Virus record (IMG/VR): IMGVR_UViG_3300042402_006309
Span: 1,887 to 65,886 of that record
Direction: 5' to 3' (one strand)
DNA length: 64,000 nucleotides
From: a virus
Lineage: Duplodnaviria > Caudoviricetes
Shown piece by piece: positions 10,601-18,872 of this stretch. A program made the translations under genes and the position numbers. Positions within the stretch are counted from its first letter, which is position 1, and every line of letters starts with the position of its first letter. The notes below the pieces were generated by a model. It made no database searches, was not told the DNA's origin, and saw nothing but the letters and a program-made list of their open reading frames with translations.

Positions 10601-12855
10601 TTGCTTTCATTCGAGTCCGCGACCGCCTTGGCCAGTTGTTCCGCATCTCTGTGCCATGTTTCGGTCGAAGCCCCGTCAAAGTGGTATTCCTGCGCGTAAT
10701 CCTCCGGGTCGGTGATGGTGATGCGGTAATTTCGGCCCATCGGCCCTCCAGATGGTGGATAAACCGTCAGCCACACGCTCTGATCGCCATCAGCGGGTTC
10801 GGTGTAAATGGTTGTCCAGCCCTTGGGTGTCTGGATGCCTGAAATGAACAATTCTTCGGAAATTGGCAATGTCTTGCTTGGCGGATAGCCTCCCAAAAGA
10901 TCGTTCACATCCTCCGCGTTCTTGATTGTGTAGGTATAGCCATACTGAAGACCACCCATATCGATCTGACTATCCAAACGGTTTTCGGCGTCGTATCCAA
11001 AGTGGCAGGACCTGCCGAACGGGTCCTCGATCCTTGTTACACGGCTGACCGGCAGATTCGGATCGTAAACGAAAGCCCACTTGGGATCGGTGGGAGGGTT
11101 GGCTTGAGGGTCGGCGGGAAGCGCGGAGTGGCGCAGGGCGAGGATCGCGCCTTGCGCATTGTGTTCGATGGTCAGGCTGTTGCCATGGCGGTCGGTGATT
11201 GAGAGCAAGAGGGGCACATCCGAGTTGCCCTGCATTGCGGCCGGGATGCCGTAGAGGTAAACCGTGCCGTCGGGTTGGATCAGTTCGAAGTCGTTGGTAT
11301 CTGTCTGGACCAAATCTCGATCATCACCCGCGGGACGTTCATAGCTCAAGGGAAACGAACCGCTGCCGGGGTGGGTGAAACTTAGGAAACGACCGTCTCC
11401 ATCTCTCACAGTGGCTGATTGCCCCGGATCGATCAGCAAATAGGAGGCATAAGTGAAGGCCCACTTGGGGCCGAATGGCTCCATGTTGTTGAGAGAATCG
11501 AGGCTGTTGAACAGCAGCGAGATTTCCACTTCCGGCCCGTATGGGGGATTCCACCACATCGGCGTGTCCTGCACGCGGAAGTTCATGTTGACCGTGTTGA
11601 TGCTCCATCCAGGCATTCCGCAGTTCTTCTCCGCACACGGGTCGTCCCCAAGTTCGGAGGGATAGCGCGGAAAACCACAGCATCCGCCGACGATGGAATC
11701 GGTGTCCGCCGCCCGCGAGATCACCGCGATTTCGGGCACCTGGTCGAAAACCACCGCGAATCCGGACCACTGGTATTCGAAGGCCGCACGGGGTATCTCA
11801 TGGGTGCGGTTTACGCGGGTGTCGTGCAAGGTAACTGATTCAGCCGTGACATTCTCGACCGTCACGAAATGTCGGTCGCTGTAGTGGGCGATGAATGGCG
11901 TGGGAAGCTGTTCGAGCGCGGTCGATGCGTAAACCGCTTCCGGGTCGAGTCCCTGCATGAGCGCCGTGTTCATCAGTTCACGGGCTGTGAAGCCGTGCGG
12001 GCCAGCCGCGGTCATGTGACGCAGGTCAGAAGCGGCGGCCGGATCGTCACGCAGCTCACAAACTCGCGCCAGTGCCCGCTGCCCGCAGTCGCGCAGGGCG
12101 GTTTCGTGTTTGCCCAGCAAGCTGATTTCCCGAATCCAGTAGGACGCGTAGGTTTTGTGATCCGGATCGGGGTCAGAGCGATACATCTCCGCGAAGCCCT
12201 TCCTTGATTCTTCCAGATTTCCCTGGTCGAGGTGCAGGATGGAACGGCGGAGCTTGGCCTTCTGGTGCATCCGGTGGTCGGATGGAACGGTTTTCAGTAT
12301 GTCTTCAAAATGCTCCGCAGCCTCAAGATAGCGTCCTTTGTATTGGCAGTAGCAGCCCAGATGAAGCTGCGACTCGGCGGCCCATGGGCTGTTAGGGGAG
12401 TTCTTAATGTGCTGTTCGAAGAGGGTGAAAGCATCTTCGTAGCGGTGTTCGTTCCATGCCTGAATGGCGGTGCCGAAGGTTAGATTGTCGCGTTCCTGCC
12501 ATACTTTTTGTGCGGGATTGGTGATTTGCGCCGGATTGGCCGTTCGAGTCGGGGTCAGTGGTTGGCCAAGATTGCCCGCTGCGATGAGTTCCGCTTCGCC
12601 GGGCGGGCGGCTCAGGTCCAGATGGGTCAGAACGGTATAGTCACATGCCCGGGCCGCGGCAGAGGTCTTGATTTCCTCGGGTGTCAGCGCTCTGCCGGCG
12701 ATTCCCTTTCGTGGCCGCATCCCACCCGTGATTTGCGATTCTGGAGAAGTGGACTGCGGAGAATGGCGCTGGCTGGTGGCCTGCCAAACGATTGTGCCCA
12801 GCAAGGCAGCTCCTGCGGAAACGCACCAGATGGTTTTTCGAGATTGAGCAGTCAT
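7603..12855 (-). CDS. Rhs polymorphic toxin with N-terminal TM, TPR and peptidase C39 domains
   Basis: YD repeats; Rhs core RDHLGSVREVV...YDPEFGRWLSIDPIG...NPAQFTDPFGL; ~108-aa AT-rich C-terminal tip; C39 motifs DCGQRAL, HFVTV, LHD. Confidence 0.92.
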   Translation of the reverse strand: MTAQSRKTIWCVSAGAALLGTIVWQATSQRHSPQSTSPESQITGGMRPRKGIAGRALTPEEIKTSAAARACDYTVLTHLDLSRPPGEAELIAAGNLGQPLTPTRTANPAQITNPAQKVWQERDNLTFGTAIQAWNEHRYEDAFTLFEQHIKNSPNSPWAAESQLHLGCYCQYKGRYLEAAEHFEDILKTVPSDHRMHQKAKLRRSILHLDQGNLEESRKGFAEMYRSDPDPDHKTYASYWIREISLLGKHETALRDCGQRALARVCELRDDPAAASDLRHMTAAGPHGFTARELMNTALMQGLDPEAVYASTALEQLPTPFIAHYSDRHFVTVENVTAESVTLHDTRVNRTHEIPRAAFEYQWSGFAVVFDQVPEIAVISRAADTDSIVGGCCGFPRYPSELGDDPCAEKNCGMPGWSINTVNMNFRVQDTPMWWNPPYGPEVEISLLFNSLDSLNNMEPFGPKWAFTYASYLLIDPGQSATVRDGDGRFLSFTHPGSGSFPLSYERPAGDDRDLVQTDTNDFELIQPDGTVYLYGIPAAMQGNSDVPLLLSITDRHGNSLTIEHNAQGAILALRHSALPADPQANPPTDPKWAFVYDPNLPVSRVTRIEDPFGRSCHFGYDAENRLDSQIDMGGLQYGYTYTIKNAEDVNDLLGGYPPSKTLPISEELFISGIQTPKGWTTIYTEPADGDQSVWLTVYPPSGGPMGRNYRITITDPEDYAQEYHFDGASTETWHRDAEQLAKAVADSNESKGWSGPYTEYGQGLVEGRGKVNRARMVSPQENIGVYQAYSHDSISRQDTEFTDATGETTWRGYYSSGAGAGRLEWVRLPKSYGDPDTDYEIRFTYAANGKDLRTIKRDQGGVEKTLLDITYYANRDPHVVTDALGRTLTYTWHTNGMPNTITIGSSSDVITYDYDSNWRPAGIKINNQTVFTTAYDLEGRLRSTLDAAGYFVTLDYDDLNRLTREEHPDDSFIERIWECCHIGEIRSGKITGGGDRMLERTVFAHDGRGLPTRVTDTAGRVTRFGYDGASRLQTLTDANKNETTWEYDDFGRISKKIFPNLSEENIYWQNAEQMERIVNRRQQTTWFYYDAHSRIDYIDAPDFTTDYIYDNWDRIERIEHTPADQSMQAHDFEHDLLGRIKEIDGPWTDDTISWVYNDALRKVTRTTPGSVVTETVTDSLGRIASVTNTLGLFTHNYTGESSKPDSIIHTNGLANGTPYSGFDTLLTWYDDDQRQALETITSKLPGGNIIAKHTYGYDSLGRIDSWKREAILANPSGVTRSFEWSTRHDFASQLASVAEKTLAGVIQGAWDYSYDPAGNIASVQTSTGPANLAAITNRGHNSLNQINSFGGGGPTTIRGTLDEPGKASVGIVGQGDKPARMIQDNRFETELPLQVGNNSISVTALDGNYNRSDYVFAIDVASAASRSFSHDDDGNLLSDGIRSYEWDSQSRLTKITWTTGKTTEFRYNALGQRSEQIEKTSGSVTAYHYFLLDGIELVNRYTGGTAASNIDRRYFDQGEQRHNGTTWDNLHYCRDHLGSVREVVNSDGNLLARYDFDPYGKRSTQYQATTYTGGCDIGYTGHHTLPSPVAGQTEMVMTFFRVYDPEFGRWLSIDPIGEDADINLYRYVRGNPAQFTDPFGLEVDSVTTGITSAIAQGDIAALESIMAGTEGAQAAACRTAISRLKTPVGNLVRATLKRSKSYRSELAEKTYAEVIRLAKYGDKAARRAAQQMLKLIKEEERLMGKCGGK

Positions 12856-12884
12856 GGGATGGGGGAATTGGAAATTACGCGGAA

Positions 12885-13574
12885 TCAGGGACCTGAAACA
12901 AAGATGGCGTTCGTGGGAGCATCCAGAGTGACGAGCGGTCCGGTTTGATCCGACGGATCGGATGCCGGAAACGCATGACGTTCCGGATCTAGCGGATACG
13001 CGTCCGAGCCATCACCCACCCCGTCCCCGTCACTGTCCCACAAGGTCGGGCTGGTCCCCATCCTCGCCTCGGCCACATCACTCAGTCCGTCTCCATCGGA
13101 GTCGCCCGAATGAAGAGGATCACCATCCAGATTAGAGAGCGGATCGCCGTCTACCCCGTCAATGACCCCATCGCCGTCGGTGTCCGCATTGAGTGGATCG
13201 GTCCACAAATTGACCTCTGCAAGATTGCCGAGGCCATCGTTGTCGAAATCCGCAAGCTCCGGATCTGAGGTCGGGATGTCGGCGAATTTCAAACGCACGA
13301 AAAACGCCGGTGCATCGGATTCGGCACCGTAGGTGTGGACGCCAAGCGGCGCGACTCCGTGAGCCATGACAGGCGCGATTGTCCAATCAACCAAATCCAG
13401 CGACCACTGGAAAAAATAGGTTCGTTCGGCGATTCCGATCCATTCCGCACTGTAACTGTTCGATGTTCCCAGCGAGAATTCCATTTGCGGCTGTGGCGGC
13501 ATGCCTCCGATGGCCGTGCTAACAACCGCCAGAAGGAATGAACCGGTCCGCGTCAAGCGTGGCAAACGATTCAT
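12885..13574 (-). CDS. Secreted protein with DxDGDG Ca-binding repeats
   Basis: Signal peptide; DFDNDGL, DTDGDGV, DSDGDGL, DSDGDGV repeats. Confidence 0.8.
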   Translation of the reverse strand: MNRLPRLTRTGSFLLAVVSTAIGGMPPQPQMEFSLGTSNSYSAEWIGIAERTYFFQWSLDLVDWTIAPVMAHGVAPLGVHTYGAESDAPAFFVRLKFADIPTSDPELADFDNDGLGNLAEVNLWTDPLNADTDGDGVIDGVDGDPLSNLDGDPLHSGDSDGDGLSDVAEARMGTSPTLWDSDGDGVGDGSDAYPLDPERHAFPASDPSDQTGPLVTLDAPTNAIFVSGP

Positions 13575-14512
13575 GGCGTGCCTCCTTCCTGCGTCTCCTT
13601 CGCTGATGCCGCCTTCGCGACTGGACGATTCCGCTTCCAGAAGCGAACGGTCACATCATTCGGTTTCGGAGGATTGGCCAACAGGTATGCCTTGCGTTCC
13701 TCCCGGGCTTTTTCTCGGGCGTGGTAGGCTTCCTCCATTCGTGCTCCCTCCTTGCGATAAAGGTCATGGATTTGCTCCAAGGTGTCCATCGCCGGACTCT
13801 TCGCGTCGCCTTCGACTACGATGAAAGAGGGGCCTCCATCGGCAAGGTCCGTCATTTCCGGGATTTCGGGGATTTCCGGCCCTTTGTATTCGATGCCCCG
13901 CGCTTCGGCTATTTCCTTCCAGCGGCGGGTGTCGATGCCGCCGATTCCCATCAGCAGTCCGAAGTCATAAAGCGTGCCGTCCTCAGCGTCCTTCACCCTG
14001 TAGGTCGAGAAACCGCTGAAATGGTTGAAATCCAGATTGCTCCAAGCTGTGACCGAATCGACGAGCCGGCCATTCGGATAGATGCGGAGAAACGTGCGGT
14101 TGTGGTCATAGACCGTCGCCGATAGGAACACCAATTCGGTGCCGCGATAGTTTTCCCTCAGTTCCGCCAGTCTGGCAATGACGGCGGGATCTTCGGGCGG
14201 CAGCGCGGGAAGTGGTGGAGGTGGATCTGGGAGATTCGGATCCTGAACGAGCTGCACGGTGACGTTGATCGTTCCGGTGATTGGAGGGAGGTCGTGCATT
14301 TCGGGTGCCTCCGTGACTTCCATCCGGGTGGTGCGAGAACTCAGGACCTTGAAGTCGATGGGTTCAGGCTTCGGAATCGGCGGGGACGGAGTTCCGTCGG
14401 TGATCGGGCCTGGAATCTCGACGTCCCATTTGGTGGCGACTTCCTGGGCGTTCAGACAGGAAAACGAAACGCTGACGAGAAGGAGCGGGATGGCTCTTGA
14501 TAATGTTTTCAT
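13571..14512 (-). CDS. Secreted hypothetical protein, first gene of the Rhs operon
   Basis: Signal peptide from MKTLSRAIPLLLVSVSFSCLNA (ATG 14512); 4-nt overlap with the next gene. Confidence 0.75.
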   Translation of the reverse strand: MKTLSRAIPLLLVSVSFSCLNAQEVATKWDVEIPGPITDGTPSPPIPKPEPIDFKVLSSRTTRMEVTEAPEMHDLPPITGTINVTVQLVQDPNLPDPPPPLPALPPEDPAVIARLAELRENYRGTELVFLSATVYDHNRTFLRIYPNGRLVDSVTAWSNLDFNHFSGFSTYRVKDAEDGTLYDFGLLMGIGGIDTRRWKEIAEARGIEYKGPEIPEIPEMTDLADGGPSFIVVEGDAKSPAMDTLEQIHDLYRKEGARMEEAYHAREKAREERKAYLLANPPKPNDVTVRFWKRNRPVAKAASAKETQEGGTP

Positions 14513-14885
14513 GGGAAGGCTTGCTGGTTTCCTTCCTGGTGGACGGGGAGTTAGAAGAGCCGCACTATGACGACTGCGATGGCCTTTGGCCCCATGCCCT
14601 AAGGCATGCGGCTTGGACATGCGCCACCGCCTTCCCGGCCATTTGGTTGGTTTGGCGGCATCGTCGCGGTCGATACTGGCCGCGTAGTGGCGTAACCCCT
14701 AAATTCCCATCCATCGAAATGGATAAACATATCCCATGGCAAGAAACTCGGTACGACAAGCCAATAATGTGCGCAAATTTTGCACTCTATTGTGCATAAA
14801 ATCTGATTCGGCCCGAATACCATAGCCGGCGTCAATCGACTGCCATGGCCGCGAATGTGGTATGCGCGGGTTAATGCAGGAAAAG

Positions 14886-15239
14886 TTATGTCTTACCCTT
14901 GCCAGATGTCTTGTTGTGTTTAGCTTTCGATGCCTTCTTCTGGACGGGACTGAATTCGCGACTAACGGCTTCCGCGATCCGGGCGTTGAATACTTGTGTG
15001 GGGATTTCACCTGCGTCGCGCATGGACGAGAGCATGTCGTAGTTCGCCTTCAGGGGATCTTTCGGGCACCGCAGGTGTTTGGGCCAGTCCGGCAGTTCAT
15101 TCGCTAGAATCTCACCGCATACGATCACACACTCGTCGCAGATGTAGGTTCCGGGGCCGGCGATGAGCTTGGCAACCTGGGTGGAGAGTTTGCCGCAGAA
15201 CGAACAGCAACACGAGTTCTGTGATTTTGAGGGGTTCAT
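14886..15239 (-). CDS. Stand-alone ClpX C4-type zinc-finger protein
   Basis: CSFCGK...[17 protein letters not shown]; no AAA+ domain. Confidence 0.8.
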   Translation of the reverse strand: MNPSKSQNSCCCSFCGKLSTQVAKLIAGPGTYICDECVIVCGEILANELPDWPKHLRCPKDPLKANYDMLSSMRDAGEIPTQVFNARIAEAVSREFSPVQKKASKAKHNKTSGKGKT

Positions 15240-16171
15240 CGGATTGATTTCCCTTGGGAGATTTCGTCTGCGTCCTCCATCAATGATGACAGGAATTTCA
15301 CGATCTGATGGAGACTGGTGCTCCGTGAATAAAGCTCAGCGCGCTGGAGTGCGGCAGCCAGTTCCTTGGGCGTTTCCCATAGATGGCGTGATCCATTGAC
15401 GAACTCGACTCTCATCTGACGGATTTCTTGCTCGCTGTGTCGGGTGGTTGGCGTCCACTCGAAGTGCGAGAGAAGATTTTCGATGTCCTCCTCCGAGCGA
15501 AAACAATCAATCGGCTTGCCAGGTTGTATCGCCTCGAAGCGATTGTAAAAATGGTCTTCGATGCGTTCCCGCCATCCGTGGCGACTCCACTTTCCATCAT
15601 TCAAGTTTCCGCATCGGGGGCGGAAATCCATGTGAGCGGCGGCGATATTTTGCCAGCCGGGATAAGCGTCGGCGAATGACCATGCAATATCGACTGTCAG
15701 TCGAGTGCCATAACTGATGATGTCCGCCACGGTGTAGCCTTGCGATGCCAGTTCATCGGTGAGATTTACGACGCAATTCGGCTTGTAGATCCGTCCGGGT
15801 TCGCGATTGGTGGAAACCGGGATCAGCGAGCGGAACTCCCTCAAAAAATCCTCCAGCTTGATCGCCGGTTTAAGTGTGCGAAAAACTTCATTCAACAGAG
15901 GAGAAATGGCCACAAGCAGGCCAGTGTGTGCGTGCCTTTCGTGGACACCTCGAAATCTGAAATCGACCGGCCAGCCGTGATGTGGCTCGGCGAAATAGAA
16001 ATCATCGAAGGACGCGTATTGGCCGTTCAAGTGGGAAACATCCCGGTAGATCGGGAGCATGTGATGCTCACCATCGACTACCAATTCCATGCTGTATCCA
16101 GTGTGCGCGAACCCATCAACGGTGAGGTCTTGATGCTCGCTACGTGTCAGAAATGGACCAAATGCGATCAT
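15236..16171 (-). CDS. Hypothetical protein (prophage cargo)
   Basis: True start probably MIAFGPF at 16171, just downstream of the res stop; the longer track ORF overlaps res. Confidence 0.65.
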   Translation of the reverse strand: MIAFGPFLTRSEHQDLTVDGFAHTGYSMELVVDGEHHMLPIYRDVSHLNGQYASFDDFYFAEPHHGWPVDFRFRGVHERHAHTGLLVAISPLLNEVFRTLKPAIKLEDFLREFRSLIPVSTNREPGRIYKPNCVVNLTDELASQGYTVADIISYGTRLTVDIAWSFADAYPGWQNIAAAHMDFRPRCGNLNDGKWSRHGWRERIEDHFYNRFEAIQPGKPIDCFRSEEDIENLLSHFEWTPTTRHSEQEIRQMRVEFVNGSRHLWETPKELAAALQRAELYSRSTSLHQIVKFLSSLMEDADEISQGKSIR

Positions 16172-16193
16172 GGCATGTTCTGTTGTGATAGGC

Positions 16194-18872
16194 TCATGCC
16201 TCAATCGCCTTCCGGATGGCATCACGGATTTTGGCCTTTTCACCCGGCCCCTTGACCATCTCGAAGAAGCACTGGCCGCCGCTGCGTTCTTCCCAGAGTT
16301 TGCCGAGGCGATCTTTCTCACCGGAGTCGTCATTTGTGGAGCGGTCTTGGCCCTTGTATTCGACGACGAGGATTTTGCCGTTCTTGAGCTTCGCGACGAA
16401 GTCCGGGTAAAACCGGTCGGTGCTGGTTTGGAGCCAGAACGAATGCACGGGCTGTTTGTCGAGATTGCGGACCCACCACTCGATTTCCGGTTGCTCATCG
16501 AGGTATTGGGCGCAAAGAAACTCTTCCGGGGTGTTTCCCTTCTCTGTCTCGATCTCCAGTTCGCCGACGTTCTCGTAATAGTGCTTGGTGAAATCCCCGC
16601 TGCGTTTGCAGATCCAGCGCGCCGGGTAGGCGTTCGGATCGTAAACGAAGTTGTAGCCGCCGCCGACGCGCACCTTGACGGTGTGGTGCTCGCCGAAGAG
16701 CGCCATCTGGTATTCCTTGCGCCTTGCCTCACGCCTGAGCTGGGCAAGGACGGTCTCAAGCGAACGGCGAAGGTCGAAACGCTCGCGGACCAGTCTTCCC
16801 AGCGGAACTTCTTGCTGCATCCGCTGGACCACGGCGTCGAACCATGCACGGGCGACGCCGGTATCGAGGTCGTTGTGAGGGATGTTGCGGTCGAGCCATG
16901 ACACCAGCTTGACCTCGTTCCAGTTCTCGCGGACTTCGATCAAACGCATCCGGTCGGCGACTTCCGGGAGTTCGCGGGTGACGACGTTGCCGTCCACCAC
17001 GTCGATGATGCCTGAGTTGCGAGACTTTTCGGCACGGGTGAGCGTCGGGATGTCCTCTTTCCTCGGTGGCAGCGGCGGCCGCCACTCGGTTTCCAGCCAG
17101 ATTCCTTCGTCAGCGGGAAGGATCTCGCCGTCGAGTTCCAGCATCATCTGCGGGACGGCGAAATGTTCCTGCCGCTCTGCCGGGCTGGCCATGATGGTTT
17201 CCTGCATGCCGAGCTGAGCGATGGCGGCGCGGAGAATTTCCTTCGTTTCCGGTTCCTGCACGGCGTCCACCAGTGCTTTCATGGCCTTTTTGTCGGGTTT
17301 GCCGGTGAGGGTGATCTCGCGCTTGGCGGGGTTATGTTTCGACACATGCTCGCGGGCGGCGGGTGGCAGGGAATCAACCGGGAAATCTTCCGGCAGGGTG
17401 ACGGTGACGCTGCGTTTGCCGTCGGTATTGAAATCAAACGCCGATTGTTTTTTGCGCTGCACGAAGAATTCCCGCGCCTCCTTTTCCTCGTATCCGGACT
17501 TTTTGACGAGCTGGTCGCGCAACTGGTTCGCGGCCAGATAGAAATTCGGGCTGCGGACGAAGGCATAGGCGCGGTTGAGCGCGGGACGCTTCTTCTCCTT
17601 CGCGTTTGGCATGCGCAGGATGCGGCCTAACATCTGCTCGACCGCCGTGTTGCTGCTCAGGTTCGCCACGCTGCATAGCACATAGGCGAAGGGACAATCC
17701 CAGCCTTCCTTCAAGGCACTCTGCGTCACCACAAAACGAATCTGGCAATCCTCCGCGTTCAGGTTCACGTCCTTGAGTCCCTTCTCGTCGCCGGTGTGGA
17801 CGGCGATTTGATTGGCCGGGATATGGTGTTCTTCGCGCAAGGCGGCTTCCAACACCTCGAATGTCAGGGCATCGGGGCGGTCCTTGTTGTGTGGCTCGGA
17901 TTGGAAGAGCAGGATCGGACGAATGTATTCGCCGGTCTCGGCACGTTCCAGAGCGGCTTCCGCTTCGAGGGCTTCGCGCTGGGCGATGGCGGCGGCCATG
18001 ATCTCCTTAAAACCCGGCTCGGCGGTGAGTTCCACCGGCAGCTTGATCATCTTCTCCGCCTTCAACTCCATCGCGGAAACGCTGTGCAGCACGTTGCTCG
18101 GCGGGTATTCCTTGTGATCCGTGATGGGTGTCGCGGTCAGTTCGACGATGGCTCGTGGCTGGAATCGCTCCAAGGTCTGCAAGCTCAGGTTGCTGCGTGC
18201 GCCGTGCGCCTCGTCCACGATGACCAGCGGCCGGTGCATCCGCAGTACGTTCACGAGGCTGTGAGGGAAACCACCGGGAAATGAATTCTTCACCTCCAGT
18301 GGGATGTGATCGAAGTGGGACATCAGCCCGCCGCTGTTGTCATAGACGCGCCTGCCCTCGGTGGCTTCCACGCGATAAGCCTGGATGGTGGAAACGATGA
18401 TCGTCGCCTTGCCCGCGATGATGTTCGGCTGGATGCCAAGCGCCTCGGGACCGTCGTAAATCTCCACGTCGCCAAGTTCATCGTCGAGCACGCGCCGCAG
18501 GTCGCTGGACAGGTTCTTCATCAGGTTGACCGTCTGCGATTTGATTGCCTCGCTCGGCACCAGCCAGAGAACCAATGGCTGTTCTTCGTCCAGAAGCTCG
18601 TCTTTGAAAACCCGTACGGCACGCGCTCCGATGACGGTTTTTCCGCCGCCGGTGGGCACGCGGAGACAGACGAATGGCATGTCCTCTGGCAGTTCCGTCT
18701 CATTGCCGAGCGCGCCGACCTTGTGATAGGGATGCGCCATGCCGTGGAGTTCGGAGGTCGCCTCGATGAAGGCGGTTTCCGGGTTGCCGCTGATCCGGCA
18801 CTTGCGCCAATACTCCCGGAGCGATCCGAGGGTGGCGTTTTGATAGTCCTTGTGGCCGTAACGGTCGCTCAT
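16194..18872 (-). CDS. res: Type III restriction enzyme Res subunit
   Basis: VPTGGGKT, DEAH, EGWDCP, QMLGRILR and C-terminal FYPDF...VVEYKG nuclease; ATG 18872 overlaps the mod stop. Confidence 0.9.
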   Translation of the reverse strand: MSDRYGHKDYQNATLGSLREYWRKCRISGNPETAFIEATSELHGMAHPYHKVGALGNETELPEDMPFVCLRVPTGGGKTVIGARAVRVFKDELLDEEQPLVLWLVPSEAIKSQTVNLMKNLSSDLRRVLDDELGDVEIYDGPEALGIQPNIIAGKATIIVSTIQAYRVEATEGRRVYDNSGGLMSHFDHIPLEVKNSFPGGFPHSLVNVLRMHRPLVIVDEAHGARSNLSLQTLERFQPRAIVELTATPITDHKEYPPSNVLHSVSAMELKAEKMIKLPVELTAEPGFKEIMAAAIAQREALEAEAALERAETGEYIRPILLFQSEPHNKDRPDALTFEVLEAALREEHHIPANQIAVHTGDEKGLKDVNLNAEDCQIRFVVTQSALKEGWDCPFAYVLCSVANLSSNTAVEQMLGRILRMPNAKEKKRPALNRAYAFVRSPNFYLAANQLRDQLVKKSGYEEKEAREFFVQRKKQSAFDFNTDGKRSVTVTLPEDFPVDSLPPAAREHVSKHNPAKREITLTGKPDKKAMKALVDAVQEPETKEILRAAIAQLGMQETIMASPAERQEHFAVPQMMLELDGEILPADEGIWLETEWRPPLPPRKEDIPTLTRAEKSRNSGIIDVVDGNVVTRELPEVADRMRLIEVRENWNEVKLVSWLDRNIPHNDLDTGVARAWFDAVVQRMQQEVPLGRLVRERFDLRRSLETVLAQLRREARRKEYQMALFGEHHTVKVRVGGGYNFVYDPNAYPARWICKRSGDFTKHYYENVGELEIETEKGNTPEEFLCAQYLDEQPEIEWWVRNLDKQPVHSFWLQTSTDRFYPDFVAKLKNGKILVVEYKGQDRSTNDDSGEKDRLGKLWEERSGGQCFFEMVKGPGEKAKIRDAIRKAIEA

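Noticed and set aside
14640-14885. Search for attL or integrase at the prophage left edge
   Set aside because: No tRNA fragment, recognisable core repeat or recombinase seen; the other end is outside the window
16172-16849. N-terminal extension of track ORF 15236..16849
   Set aside because: Out-of-frame overlap with the res nuclease domain; low-complexity shadow translation
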